A DNA stretch of 64,000 nucleotides, taken from assembly GCA_001600815.1 (NCBI GenBank), contig BCKZ01000003.1:186001-250000 (forward strand), written 5' to 3'. This document shows positions 34,260-46,553 of the stretch, in pieces. Under the pieces are notes generated by a model that searched no databases, was not told the origin of the DNA, and saw only the letters and a program-made list of their open reading frames with translations. How positions within the stretch are numbered: the stretch's first letter is position 1; every line of letters begins with the position of its first letter. Both the position numbers and the translations under genes were made by a program. Source of the stretch: Alloascoidea hylecoeti. Lineage: Eukaryota.

Positions 34260-34392
34260 CATTTCCTTTTTAAGAACGCTTCAGTCTGTAATATACCTAG
34301 CATCGTTCTAATATATACGCCGACAGAACTGATGGAAACCATTCAGAATTTGAAAGTTGAAAATAACCAACTCTTTGGATTAGAAACACAAC

Positions 34393-35331
34393 ATGCCTCG
34401 TATGTACAAAATGCTGGAAGTGTTAGAAGAGATGATAATTGAATGAATAAGGATTTGGGAATTTTATGAGACAAAACTAATTATTTCAATGTTTAATCAA
34501 CTTCAATGAAATGTAAAACGACAAGAATTCTAGGCGAAGCTATAGAACGAAATATAAATGCAAGCAAGAGGTACAATCATGAAGAAATACAGAAGATGAT
34601 CGAATAAATATAGAACAATGAGCTGCAGTTTTAAAAGCTTTGTAAATATACCCATTTCAGTATAAAATACACAGATTCTTCCTATCATTACAATACTATT
34701 ATCATCTTCGATACATTTCTCCATTGAGTTTAAGATATTGTTACTAACTAGAAATTTAGGTGCTCCAAGAACCTATTCCAAGACCTATACCGTCCCAAGA
34801 CGTGCATACGATTCTACCCGTTTAGATGCTGAGCTTAAGCTTGTTGGTGAATACGGATTAAAGAACAAGAGAGAAATTTATAGAATTGGTCTTCAACTTT
34901 CTAAAATTCGTCGTGCTGCTCGTGACTTATTGACCCGTGATGAAAAGGATCCAAAACGTCTTTTTGAAGGTAATGCTTTAATCAGAAGATTAGTTAGAGT
35001 TGGTGTTTTAAGTGAAGATAAGATGAAACTTGATTACGTCTTAGCTTTAAGAATCGAAGATTTCTTGGAACGAAGATTACAATCCCAAGTCTTTAAACTT
35101 GGTTTAGCTAGATCTGTTCATCATGCTCGTGTTTTGATTAGACAAAGACATATCCGTGTTGGTAAACAAATTGTCAATGTTCCTTCATTTATGGTCAGAT
35201 TGGACTCACAAAAACATATTGACTTTGCTTTGAACTCTCCTTACGGTGGTGGTAGACCAGGTCGTGTTAAGAGAAGAAACCAAGCTAATGCTGCTTCTAA
35301 GGGCGATGCCGCAGAGGAAGAAGAAGAGTAA
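34393..35331 (+). CDS. RPS9: 40S ribosomal protein S9 (uS4); exons 34393-34399, 34760-35331
   Basis: ATGCCTC|GTATGT...TACTAAC..TAG|GT gives [12 protein letters not shown]; the rest is the highly conserved S9 sequence. Confidence 0.98.
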
Positions 35332-35744
35332 ATTACATACACAATGATGACCTTTTGTTGAAGCTTGTAAAAGTTATTGTTGATATAATTCAAATTTTTA
35401 ATTGATCCCTTATAATAATGTTGTAGAAACTTTTTTCAATAGTAATTAAAGGCTGTATTTTAATATTTAATATCCATTACTGTTAATTATTAATATCATA
35501 TCAAAAATTAGATATAACGTGACTCCAATTAGATCTTCAAATTTTTCATTGCTTACTTCAAATTTCTTTGATCAATTTTGATTCCTTTATTTATTAATTT
35601 TATTTCCTTGATAACTCCTTGTTTCTACTTCTGATTCTTTGGGTATATTTTAAGTATTCTCTATCTGATATATTGCGATTGTTGCATTTTATAGTTTATA
35701 GTGCCATCACCTAAAAAAAAAAAAAAAAGAAAAAAAAAAAAACG

Positions 35745-36917
35745 ATGTCAAATTTCTCACCTTCACACATCCAAAATATATCATCATCATCCAATTCAAC
35801 CACAAATATGCATATCCAAGTCCCAACCCCTTCAGCTACAGATGAAGAGTTTTCGAGTGATGAATCTTCTGCTACACAACCTGTAATACCAGTAGTGGGA
35901 CGTACAGGTTCGTTACAACAGAAACAAATAGATAAAGTGAAAGTTGACCCATGGGTTCATTTTTTTGCTGGAGGAGTTGGAGGAATGACTGGTGCTTTAT
36001 TTACATGTCCTCTAGATGTTGTTAAAACTCGTTTACAAAGTGATTTCTATCAAGCTAGATTTGCAAACGCGAAAGCTACATCAAGCAATCCAATAAAAGC
36101 AGCAGCTAGACATTTTGGTGAAACATTTAGTATCATATATGATGTTTATAAGATTGAAGGTACGAGAGCTCTATTTAAAGGTTTAGGTCCAAACCTTGTT
36201 GGTGTTATTCCAGCTCGTTCAATAAATTTTTTCACTTATGGTTTAGGTAAAGACTTTATTTCAAATAATTTTAATGATGGTAAAGAAAGTCCTTGGGTTC
36301 ATTTATTAGCAGCTGCAAATGCTGGTATTGTTACATCAACAGCAACAAATCCAATTTGGTTAGTAAAAACCCGATTACAATTAGACAAGAATAATTCTCT
36401 GGGTGTTCGAAAATATAAAAATTCATGGGATTGTATTGTAAGTGTTTGCAAAAATGAAGGTATAAGGGGATTATATAAAGGTTTATCTGCCTCATATTTA
36501 GGTGCCACCGAAAGTACCATACAATGGGTGTTATACGAACAAATGAGGACAATCATTAATCAAAGAACTTTAAGAAGACAAGAAGAAGGTGTTGAAATTA
36601 CCTTTATGGATAAATTATCAGATTGGGGCGCAAGATCTGGTGCTGCTGGTTTTGCTAAAATGTTAGCTTCAATTCTTACTTATCCCCATGAAGTTGTTCG
36701 AACTAGGTTAAGACAAGCTCCAATGTCTGATGGAAGACCAAAATATACTGGTTTGGTTCAATGCTTTAAATTAGTATTAAAAGAAGAAGGATTAGTTTCA
36801 ATGTATGGTGGGTTAACTCCTCATTTATTAAGAACTGTTCCAAATAGTATTATCATGTTTGGAACGTGGGAATTGATTATTAGAATGTTTTCAAAGGAAA
36901 AGCAAACCACCTTTTAA
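35745..36917 (+). CDS. RIM2: Mitochondrial pyrimidine nucleotide carrier
   Basis: Three carrier repeats (PLDVVKTRLQ, PIWLVKTRLQ, PHEVVRTRLRQ) plus Rim2-typical PWVHF.AGG and GLGPNLVGVIPARSINF. Confidence 0.92.
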   Translation: MSNFSPSHIQNISSSSNSTTNMHIQVPTPSATDEEFSSDESSATQPVIPVVGRTGSLQQKQIDKVKVDPWVHFFAGGVGGMTGALFTCPLDVVKTRLQSDFYQARFANAKATSSNPIKAAARHFGETFSIIYDVYKIEGTRALFKGLGPNLVGVIPARSINFFTYGLGKDFISNNFNDGKESPWVHLLAAANAGIVTSTATNPIWLVKTRLQLDKNNSLGVRKYKNSWDCIVSVCKNEGIRGLYKGLSASYLGATESTIQWVLYEQMRTIINQRTLRRQEEGVEITFMDKLSDWGARSGAAGFAKMLASILTYPHEVVRTRLRQAPMSDGRPKYTGLVQCFKLVLKEEGLVSMYGGLTPHLLRTVPNSIIMFGTWELIIRMFSKEKQTTF

Positions 36918-37483
36918 TAAGCCTACCCAAATGAAACTTGACTTCATTCTTTTTTATCATCATTGCCTATTCTGGCAATAAATAGCACATATTAACGAAA
37001 TACTAATTGATACAACATTCAACAGGAGCTTTCGATGAATATGACGATTCCTGTCAACACATAAACTCTTGATTCTTCAATTATCACACACATCCTTCCC
37101 AATTTTAAAGAACTAAGAAAGTTATTTGGAAAAATATTGCTGTTTTCTATTGCATCTAATGTATATAAAAAGGCTTATAATTGCTGCTCTAAATTTGCGT
37201 TGGAAAACTACATATTTTCTGTCTATTTTTCTACATTGTTCTTTCTTTTTTTTAAAATTAAATGGTATATAGATGTTTGTATGGTTTATTATGTATATAG
37301 TAAGTGAATCATATAGCAAACGAAGTAATTTTTAAATGTGTGAATTGATTATAATTGCTATGTCTGATTCTGTGTCACGGGGTTGACAATGTGATTATAT
37401 TACATAATCAACTATATTTTTTATTTCAGATTCTTTTTTTTTACTTAACAGAGCTATACTATAATTTTTAAACACTCATCACC

Positions 37484-37774
37484 ATGAATAGAGAAGCTTT
37501 CGTTCCTCCAACATCAACATCACAACTGAGTAATGCCGCTTCCGGTATATCAGCTATCAAGTATGCGGATGTAAAATACACATGCTCCAATTGCGCTACA
37601 TCTTTTTCACTGAGCAAGGGTGATCCTGTTAGATGCAAAGAGTGTGGTGGAAGAGTTTTATACAAGTGCAGAACTAAAAGAATGGGTAAATATCATATAT
37701 ATTTGAATGATTATTTTTCTTGTTTAATGATTTTCTAACTTTTTTTTAATTTAGTGCAATTTGAAGCGAGATAA
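37484..37774 (+). CDS. RPC10: RNA polymerase I/II/III shared subunit ABC10-alpha (Rpb12); exons 37484-37685, 37755-37774
   Basis: Zinc ribbon [21 protein letters not shown]. Splicing gives the conserved end RTKRMVQFEAR*. Confidence 0.95.
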
Positions 37775-38245
37775 AAAGATTTTTGTCAGGTGTATTATTA
37801 ATCAAAAGAATATTATTAAAAATTTCATTAAAAATTCGGTATTATGGATAATTTAATAAATGTAAAAGTTTTATATGGAGCTTTAAATTAAATTAATAAA
37901 TAAGTTTTAAAAGGAGGAACAAAATAGATGGTAGTCCTTTATAAGTTATGATGAATAAATTTAAGTTTTATGAAATTCATACATAATAAGTTTATATTCT
38001 TTGTTAACCGTTCTTGAAAAAGAATTTACAATCAGAGTAATAAATTAAACGTACTACAATTCTCGATTAAACTTAGAGTTATAGATCAGTGTTCAAACCG
38101 CGTACTACGATTGTGTAAATTAATCATTCATGTGAATGTGATATATCAAAAATCCCATTTTAGAGATATTAATTAGTCATTAAGACTTTCAAATTGTTTC
38201 AATTTTTAAAACCTAAGGCTAACACAAAATAGTTATTATCGTACT

Positions 38246-38296
38246 TGTCACTGTCACTGTCATTGTCATTGTCATTGTCATTGTTATTGTCATTGT
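38246..38296. repeat. (TGTCAY)n hexamer microsatellite just 3' of AIP1
   Basis: tgtcac x2 followed by several tgtcat/tgttat units. Confidence 0.8.
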
Positions 38297-38301
38297 AATA
38301 T

Positions 38302-40243
38302 CTAATATTTAACTTTCCACCATTTAATAGTAGCATCTGATCCACCAGAAACAAAAGTATCTTCATTGACCCATTTAACGGAATTAACACCATCTTTATG
38401 AGCACCTAAAAATTTAATATTTTTATTTGGTTTTAAAACAGAATAAATTATTAGATTTGTATCTAATGATCCACTAACCACATGATCACCATCTGGATTC
38501 CAAGAAATTGAATTTACTTTACCAGTATGGAATGCCCAACGAGATGTTTTAATTGATAATTCAGGTACATTATATAAAGTAATTTTACCAGAATTATCAC
38601 CAGCAGCAAGATAAACACCGTCATCTGAAAAACTAAGATGTGAAGCTGGAGATCTTAAAGGTGGTAATTTTTTAATTGTTGAAAGTGAATCAATTGAATA
38701 AAGGTAAATATTAAAATCTGATGATCCAACTGCAATGAAATTTGATGATACACCAACACTTGTTGCTTTAAAATCTAATTTTATAGTATGGGATAATTTA
38801 TTTGAATTATAAATTAAAAGTGTGGACTCGGTTATAATAGCAACTGTTCCAGTTTTTGAATTTGATGAAATATCAATTGGTTGAGAGTCAATTGCATTAC
38901 TATCAATGAATTCACCATTTTCAATGGTTTTTGATGTATCATCCCAAGCAGCAGTCGCAAGAACTTCATTTGATGAAGAAGAAGGAACAATACCTACGAT
39001 CAAGTTGGTATGTTTCTCGGAGCCTTGAATATAACTTGCATTGCCATTCTTATCCCATTTGGCAATTAAACCGTCATAACTACCTGAATATAAAGTACCA
39101 TTTGCTGATAAAGTCATTGAAGTAATACTTTTTTGATGTCCTTTAATAACGATTTTTGGCTTGGAATTTGATTCAGATTCATAAGAGAAATAGTTTAAAT
39201 TACCATTGAATGAAAGACTAATTATTTCAGAATTTGTTGCAACAACACCAACCTGCTGATTTGATAATTCTTTTTCAAAACTCCAAGTTTTTAAACTTTC
39301 ACTGGATTCAACATCCCATAATTTAATACTACCATCGGCAGAAGCGGTAACAAATTCGTTTGATTTGTTTGCAATTGGGATCCAACTAAGTGAGAAAATA
39401 GAACCATTATGAGCGTTCTCAATTGATTTTATATAATCACCGGTTTTACCATCATAAATAACGATTTTCTTATCGGCACCAACACTGACAATATATTTAC
39501 CATCAATTGAGAATGCAACATCATTTACGAAATTTCCATGATGACCTCTTAATGATTGGCTGAATTTAAATGGAGGGCCTTGATAAAAGACTAAACTATT
39601 ATCATCGGAAACTGTTGCGGCACGGTATGGTCTAACAGGTCTAATTGAGACAGCATTAACAACTGAACTGTGGCCAGAAATTTCACCAACAGTATTACCG
39701 GAGTCATAAGTAAAACAATGGCCATATCTTTCTTTGCCATCGCCAATTGCAATAATTCTCTGGCTATCAGCATCCCAGGCAATATCATTAATACGACCGG
39801 AAATAATTGGGTAGGTGCCTTTTTCAATAAGATCAGTACCGGCGACATCCCATACTTTAATGTTTCCCGCCACATCACCACTTGCGATATAGTACCCGGA
39901 AGGGGAGAATTTAGCTACGGTTGTGTTTGTTGTATGGGCAGTAAATTGAATTGATTGGGAAGGGTCCTCGACAGATCGGATATGAATTGACTTGTTGGCC
40001 TACAGTGATGTAAATCATGGTTAATCGATGGTAGGAGATTTATTTGTGGTAAAAAATGTTTACTTACAGCATATGCAATTCTGTTTGTTCTTTTGTCCCA
40101 GGAGAGGTGAACTGCAACGCCACGATGGGTTGTTGGTAAAGCAGCCCAAATTGATTCTAACTCATTGAGATTAGTACTTGTAGTCGACCACAGAATTAAG
40201 TAGAAAAACCTCTGAATAGGTGCTTACCTCGGGTTATAGACAT
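38302..40243 (-). CDS. AIP1: Actin-interacting protein 1 (WD40); exons 40243-40228, 40156-40068, 39999-38302
   Basis: Spliced N-terminus MSITRESIWAALPTTHRG, plus AKFSPSGYYIASGD, RPVRPYRAAT, FYQGPPFKF and SRWAFHTGKV. Confidence 0.93.
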
Positions 40244-41641
40244 GTTGATGATTGATGAGCTGTTAATATAAAATTCAGGTAAAGAAGGTTTCAACTGTAG
40301 ATCAAAATATATAGGCTAGGAATTATAATTACACGTGATATAAACCCTTTTGATATAAAAACCTTTATTCTACAGTTATTTCTTTATAAATATTATTATT
40401 TTATGACGGCTACTCTTCAAAAATATCCTTGAAACTATGTAAAATGTAAAATGAGTGGATTGTTACTTGGGATGTGGAGTAATCCAGTATGTGGTTCACC
40501 TCCCTTCATATACCTTTAAGACAAAGTTTCATGTTTCTGAACAAACTTGAATGATTCATATTAATAGAGTAAGTTTCAAATTTCAATTGGTCTTCTCCTT
40601 TTGAAATATTCCAAGACAAAAGTGGCACTTAAAGGGGTGATTGCGATTATAAATTCATTTGAAATATTAGTGTTGAATAACTGTTGGTTCACTCATGATT
40701 AGATTGATGCAAGTCCTTTGGATAGCCTTATTTTCGATATTTGTTGGCGAATTAATTGGTCAATCATTTGACATTAGCTAAGGTATTTCTAGAAACTTAT
40801 TTAATGAAGCGTATAGTGGTTTGTAAGACAATAAAACCTTGGGCTAGGCCCACATTTCAACGTTATATATATTATTTAGTGGAGAAATATTAATTTACAA
40901 TCCATTACGGAGTTATGTTATCTTGCCTTTAACACATCTCGGTTGCTTAAGTTCGTAGAGCGCTATTTTTAAGCATAGTACTTTACGTTTATGACATTTA
41001 TGAATAAGCTATATTTCCCATCTAGGAGGAGAATTGACGTATTTTGACTCTTAATCGGGCATGTAAAGGTGCGGTTGATATACCTAATGGCCTATTCACT
41101 AAATTATGTTTCAATTGTGTAAAAACAGATAAAAGTGAAATGTCTCGAGATTAGTGACTGGGGAGTATATCATATCTGGATCATAATCAAGGTACGCTTT
41201 TTCAGAGGAGCCTTTAGCTATAAGTCAAGCTTTTTGTTTTGCGATACCTCCATTTAAATATTTATTTTAAATACAAATGAAAAACATCGTAAAATGAAAG
41301 GCTATAAAGTTCATCCTGTATATCAGTTTTCCGTCATTGGAACTTGATCTTGTGATTGTTTCTCAATAATTTCTTGGTTCTTTGCAATCTTCTTTTATAT
41401 GTGGAGAAGTATCTGGTATAACTGTTCATCAAACATCGTGATTTTATCATTTAATAGTTACTCCTCACGGTCAAGTAATATTGGCTCTATAAAATAGTTC
41501 TCTGGAAGCTTGGAAAAAAATCAATCATTATTATTTTATTACTATGCAAATCCCTTAAATAATATATAAAAATTATAAAAATTAATAAAAATTAATCGAA
41601 AATCTAATAGCAATTAACAGAAAAAGTTAGATTAATCAAAA

Positions 41642-42469
41642 TTAACGATACTCATAAGAATCAGAAACCCCCGAATTTGGAACATGGGACAATTCTAACT
41701 GTTGATACATATCTGTCTTTTGATGATAATATAATCCACTTATTGAACCTGTGTTTTGATTGAAACAAATATAATAAAATCCAGCATAACTTGCATTTTC
41801 AACCTCTTTGATTTTATAATCAGGGACCAGGAAATATTCTTTCCAACGCATAAAAATGAAATTATCATTTCTATAATCATTACCATTCTCGTTTAAATCA
41901 TTATTGAGATTTCTTTTTGATTCTGGTAAGTTTCTCCATGATTTAAATCTATTCCAGTGCAAGGTATCGATTTGATCATCAGATCCCCATTCTGATCTTC
42001 TTGTTAGAAATGAATACCTTGGTCCGATAATCTCCGATTTGAAAAAAGTAATTAATTCTTCCTGTGTTGTTGTTAAATTTTGTATATGTAAATATCCAGA
42101 TAATTGAGAGTTTTGTAAATCAACTTCTTTTAACTCTATTTCAACTTCATGTGTCTTTTTATTTGATAATTGTGTACCAATAAACCTTGAACCCGGCCTT
42201 AAGTAGCATGTGTAACGTGGTATATTCCGAGTACTGAATAAGTCTGCATAATATGGTGATATTAGTCTTGGATCCTGTAAAACATTTTTTGAAGAAGTTG
42301 AAAAAGATTCTGGTGATATCGTTTTTAAGGATTTTATTTTTCCAATATCTTTTCCTTCATCATTAATTATGTTATCGTTGTTGGATTTAGTTGATGGTGT
42401 CCGCTTTAAATTTGAAGATGGATCATCATTATTCTGTATAAACGATTCATTTGTTGAGTTACTTGGCAT
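41642..42469 (-). CDS. VID24: GID ubiquitin ligase substrate receptor Gid4/Vid24 family
   Basis: LRPGSRFIGTQ, FIFMRWKEYFLVPD, ASYAGFYYICF and GLYYH..YQQLEL motifs. Confidence 0.88.
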   Translation of the reverse strand: MPSNSTNESFIQNNDDPSSNLKRTPSTKSNNDNIINDEGKDIGKIKSLKTISPESFSTSSKNVLQDPRLISPYYADLFSTRNIPRYTCYLRPGSRFIGTQLSNKKTHEVEIELKEVDLQNSQLSGYLHIQNLTTTQEELITFFKSEIIGPRYSFLTRRSEWGSDDQIDTLHWNRFKSWRNLPESKRNLNNDLNENGNDYRNDNFIFMRWKEYFLVPDYKIKEVENASYAGFYYICFNQNTGSISGLYYHQKTDMYQQLELSHVPNSGVSDSYEYR

Positions 42470-42797
42470 GGCTATATAGAATAATATAAATGAACGGATG
42501 AAATATAAACCGATGATATAGAAAAAATTTCTAGGAAGTTTTGAATGTGAATTTTAAAAGATTAGGAGGAGTGAGACAGAGGAGCTCAATGTGTTACCCG
42601 GAGTTCTTATCAACTTAGGGTTACATTTTTTTTAGCAGCAGCCAACCAAAAACAAATCAAAGCAAGTCATAATCAAGTTTTATATAATGTTCGTTGATCA
42701 TAACATGAACATAATTATTCATCTATAAAGACTATAATTAAAAAAGTGTAGCTTGCACAAATATAGAAACCTTGATTTTGTAATAAACGTCTGATGC

Positions 42798-42810
42798 TGA
42801 GTCATGACTC
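42798..42810. promoter_or_regulatory. Tandem Gcn4-type sites TGAGTCA-TGACTC upstream of YMC1
   Basis: Sequence tgagtcatgactc about 120 bp before the ATG at 42928. Confidence 0.55.
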
Positions 42811-42927
42811 GGTGACGAGTTGGATGCCAGCCGCATGGAAAATCAGTGAAAAAGATAAAACTATAAAAATGTAATTTTTTTCTTTATTCCTTTAGCTCTT
42901 TTCTTGCAATATTTTTGTCTTTTCAGA

Positions 42928-43860
42928 ATGGATGAACCTACACCACAGCTTATTGATGCTGATGTGAATGATAAGGATGGTAATTCCCGCGTAGCAAAAG
43001 ATATTTTTGCTGGATCAATGGGCGGTATAGCTCAAGTTTTATCTGGTCAACCTTTTGATACAACTAAGGTACGTCTACAATCTTCAACCCCAGGTCAGTA
43101 TGATGGCTCCATTGATGTCATTAAACAACTGGTTAAAAACGAAGGTTTTAAAGGTTTTTATAAAGGCACTTTAACTCCTTTAATTGGTGTTGGTGCTTGT
43201 GTGTCAATTCAGTTTGCTGTAAATGAATATATGAAAAGATTTTTCGCTGATTATAACAATAACAAATCAAATTTTAAATCATCTGAACTGAAATATAGCC
43301 AGTTTTATTTATGTGGTGCTTCTGCTGGTATAGCAAATAGCTTTTTAGCCTCACCAATTGAACATATAAGAATTCGCTTACAGACCCAATCTACAGTGAA
43401 ATTATATAACGGTCCAATTGATTGTATTAGAAAGATCTATTCAAACGCTGGGCTCAAAGGTATTATGAGAGGTTTAGGACCAACTTTGTTACGTGAAGGA
43501 CATGGAGCAGGCTGCTATTTCTTTGCATTCGAAGCATTAGTTAAAAATGATGTTAGAACAAATAATATTAAAAGAAGTGATATACCTGGATATAGATTGT
43601 GTTTCTATGGTGCTATGGCAGGATATTCAATGTGGCTTGCCTGTTACCCAATAGATGTTATAAAATCGAAATTACAAACTGATTCCTTAAAAGCTAGTGA
43701 ACAACTTTATAAGAACTCTTGGGACTGTGCTAAAAAAACAATGAAAACTTACGGTTTGAAAGGGTTCTTTAAAGGTTTTGTACCAACAATTATGAGAGCT
43801 GCTCCAGTTAACGCGATAACTTTTTACACATTTGAATTAACCATGAGAGCGATTAATTAG
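42928..43860 (+). CDS. YMC1: Mitochondrial carrier, Ymc1/Ymc2 type
   Basis: GQPFDTTKVRLQ, FYKGTLTPLIGVGACVSIQF, SPIEHIRIRLQ and YPIDVIKSKLQ. First ATG is at 42928. Confidence 0.9.
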   Translation: MDEPTPQLIDADVNDKDGNSRVAKDIFAGSMGGIAQVLSGQPFDTTKVRLQSSTPGQYDGSIDVIKQLVKNEGFKGFYKGTLTPLIGVGACVSIQFAVNEYMKRFFADYNNNKSNFKSSELKYSQFYLCGASAGIANSFLASPIEHIRIRLQTQSTVKLYNGPIDCIRKIYSNAGLKGIMRGLGPTLLREGHGAGCYFFAFEALVKNDVRTNNIKRSDIPGYRLCFYGAMAGYSMWLACYPIDVIKSKLQTDSLKASEQLYKNSWDCAKKTMKTYGLKGFFKGFVPTIMRAAPVNAITFYTFELTMRAIN

Positions 43861-43889
43861 ATAGTTTATAATTTATATTAATAATTTAT

Positions 43890-44693
43890 CTAATTTGATG
43901 GTTCACTTTCTAGTCTTCGTAACAAATATTCGATTTCTACCTTTTTAGTTAAAGGAATAATCCATTCTTTATAAATCTTAGTAACAACTTTTGGCTCAAC
44001 TTTTCCCTGTTGTTTTTGACTGTATCTTAATGTTGGATCAGTACCATAAGCATTAGCTTTTTTCTCTAACCTTTCTAAGATTTTTTCTTCCACAATTGAA
44101 TTTGTAATAGCTTTATCAAGGCCTTTTATATCTTTATTAATTATTAATTGTGTAAATTTCTCTCTTTCTGTTCTAAATTTTGCCTCAGCAACAAAATTCC
44201 CAAAATGTATACGTCTTGATAAGGATTGTAAGCAATCAATATCAACCGTTGCACAACTCCCTAAATTTTCAGGTTGCTCACCAGGTTTTGAAATTAATGG
44301 TATAATTTCCTTGGTATATATATCTTTGATCTCATCATTGATTGAAATAGATCTGAAATATGGAGCCAAAACCTGAGGATAATTAATTGGAGGTAATATT
44401 GATTTCTCTAAATCATTTGGAAAAAATGCAATCTCATCTGGTGCTTCATATCTTCTAATTTTTCCATGAATTATTTCACTTTCTTTTAAAAACCAATCTA
44501 AGAAACTAATATTTTTAAATTTATCATCTTGGGTTTCAGTATTAATCATAATTGTATTAACCTTATAAACACTTGGACTTTGAAAAAATTGTGACCTCTC
44601 AATAAAATTGAAGACAATTGTATCTTCCATTCTAACTAGAGATTCTCTAATGTTTTGTAAATCTAATACTGTCTCAGGTCTCGTGAAATCCAT
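43890..44693 (-). CDS. ARO7: Chorismate mutase
   Basis: MDFTRPETVLDLQNIR..LVRMEDTI, LQSLSRRIHFG.FVAEAKF and IPLTKKVEIEYLLRRL. Confidence 0.96.
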   Translation of the reverse strand: MDFTRPETVLDLQNIRESLVRMEDTIVFNFIERSQFFQSPSVYKVNTIMINTETQDDKFKNISFLDWFLKESEIIHGKIRRYEAPDEIAFFPNDLEKSILPPINYPQVLAPYFRSISINDEIKDIYTKEIIPLISKPGEQPENLGSCATVDIDCLQSLSRRIHFGNFVAEAKFRTEREKFTQLIINKDIKGLDKAITNSIVEEKILERLEKKANAYGTDPTLRYSQKQQGKVEPKVVTKIYKEWIIPLTKKVEIEYLLRRLESEPSN

Positions 44694-45189
44694 TTTCAGT
44701 CTGTTGAAGAAGAATATCTAATTAGATTATTTGACATTATTTAGTCATACGACCTAAGTCCGGGTAAATACCCTCGATAAGAATATGTTAATACGGAAAA
44801 TTGCAAAAAAACCCTCATGGTCATAGCTAATATTAACCATAATGACACATAGCTGAAGTATTCCAGAATATCCCGCTCTATTTATGGTTTAATATAACCA
44901 TATAAAGGTCATGGAATTTAATGCTGCGTGTTATTGGTATTCCCAACGATAACACTTTTATAATTCTGTTTTTTTTTCCATCTCCACCACGACTTTTAAA
45001 TATTTCTGTTCAAAATCAAATATTGGCCCGCATTTTCTGGTGACTATTCTCTTGGGATATTAACAATAAAAGGTTAAAGCATTCCTGCTCCCTTTTTTCC
45101 GATTTATCCTCTTCATGCTATCTGTAATGATAAATAGTGATTTTAATCCTAGCACTACAACAAGTTTTTTAATATTATTGATACCAATT

Positions 45190-45729
45190 GCAGTATCACT
45201 ATGGTCGGGCATGGAGTCGATTCTTCGTAATATCGACATCTAGAGACCCTTTTCCAAATGCGAAGAACCCCAGAATGCGTATAATATGAGGGTGTCAGTC
45301 TTTAAGCCTTATGAATATGGGCTGAAATTTAGACAAGAGGTCGTGCTTCACTGTACAAAGTGGTTGGGGATCCTAATAGCAAAAAAGAGGAGCCACCGCA
45401 CGTGCAAGTATACAACTATTGGAAGAGATTTTTAATGAGATTCCTGAGTGTGCCATGCTCATGGGGGATAACGCTTCTATCCATAAGCCGGAATAATGAT
45501 GAAGTGGTGTTTTGAAGGTGATAAAGGTGTTGGAGTGGTAGCCTCATTCATCAGACCTGAATCCAATTAAGCCCATTTGGAATCTCCTCAAAAAGTCTAT
45601 TGCGAGTATTCACTTCTACGACATTTGATTCTCATCCAAACTACTAAGATATCATTGATAATCCAATCGACTCCATGCCTCGTAGAGTGGCCGCTGTTTA
45701 AGATTAAGAGCGCCAACACTAAATACTAA
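45190..45729 (+). mobile_element. Degenerate Tc1-family DDE transposase pseudogene
   Basis: MGDNASIHK (45461-), IKVLEW*PHSSDLNPIKPIWNLLK (45521-) and IDSMPRRVAAV..ANTKY* (to 45729), with stops and frameshifts. Confidence 0.85.
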
Positions 45730-46553
45730 ACTTAAATTGTCATTTTATACAATTGATCGACTCTCTAGGATTTATGGAACATTATGCACAATGTTAAGAG
45801 TAATTTAAAGCCTTGTAAAGTATTCATGCTCAGTACTGGTACCAGTACCTGGTTACAGTATTGCCAATTTTTGGAAAAAAGGCGTAACGTTAAGTTAGCA
45901 TCAGCTGTATCATCATGATATAAATATTTAATATTAATTGAAAATTAATTAAAAGGAGATGATAAACTCAATTGCAAAATGAATAGTTTCGACTCATAAA
46001 TTTCATACATATTTCAATTTTGACAAGAAATTGAGATATGTTTTCAAACAATTAAAATATCTGGAGGCCTTTCTGCAAAAGTTTAGAAAAGTCACGAAAT
46101 TGAAAATCGTTTCACAGAAATTCATAGTAATGACGAACAAATAAATATGAAAAGTTATACATATTCAGGTTATCAATGGTCAACTGCAATCTTCCTGTTA
46201 GATCTAGGAATAGGCAGTTAGTCTAATGAGTACTTAATACTTATACACAGTATTTCATTATGAGATTAACTTAGTCTATGCTAAAGTCACAATAAAGTGT
46301 ATAATTAACAAAGAATTATTATTAGTATTAATTAATAATTATCAATATTATATAAATTGAACCTATTTTAATTTATAACTGGATCTTATGAAAATTTATG
46401 AGTCGATCGCAAAATTATTAGTTTCAACTTTCCAGGTTACCCTCACTTCGACTAGTTCATTTAAAGGGAGACCAATCTCCCAAAAATATTAGTTCAAACT
46501 TCAGATAAAATAAATCTCATTTTCCAAGAACATCTCAATTTTACCCTCACATA

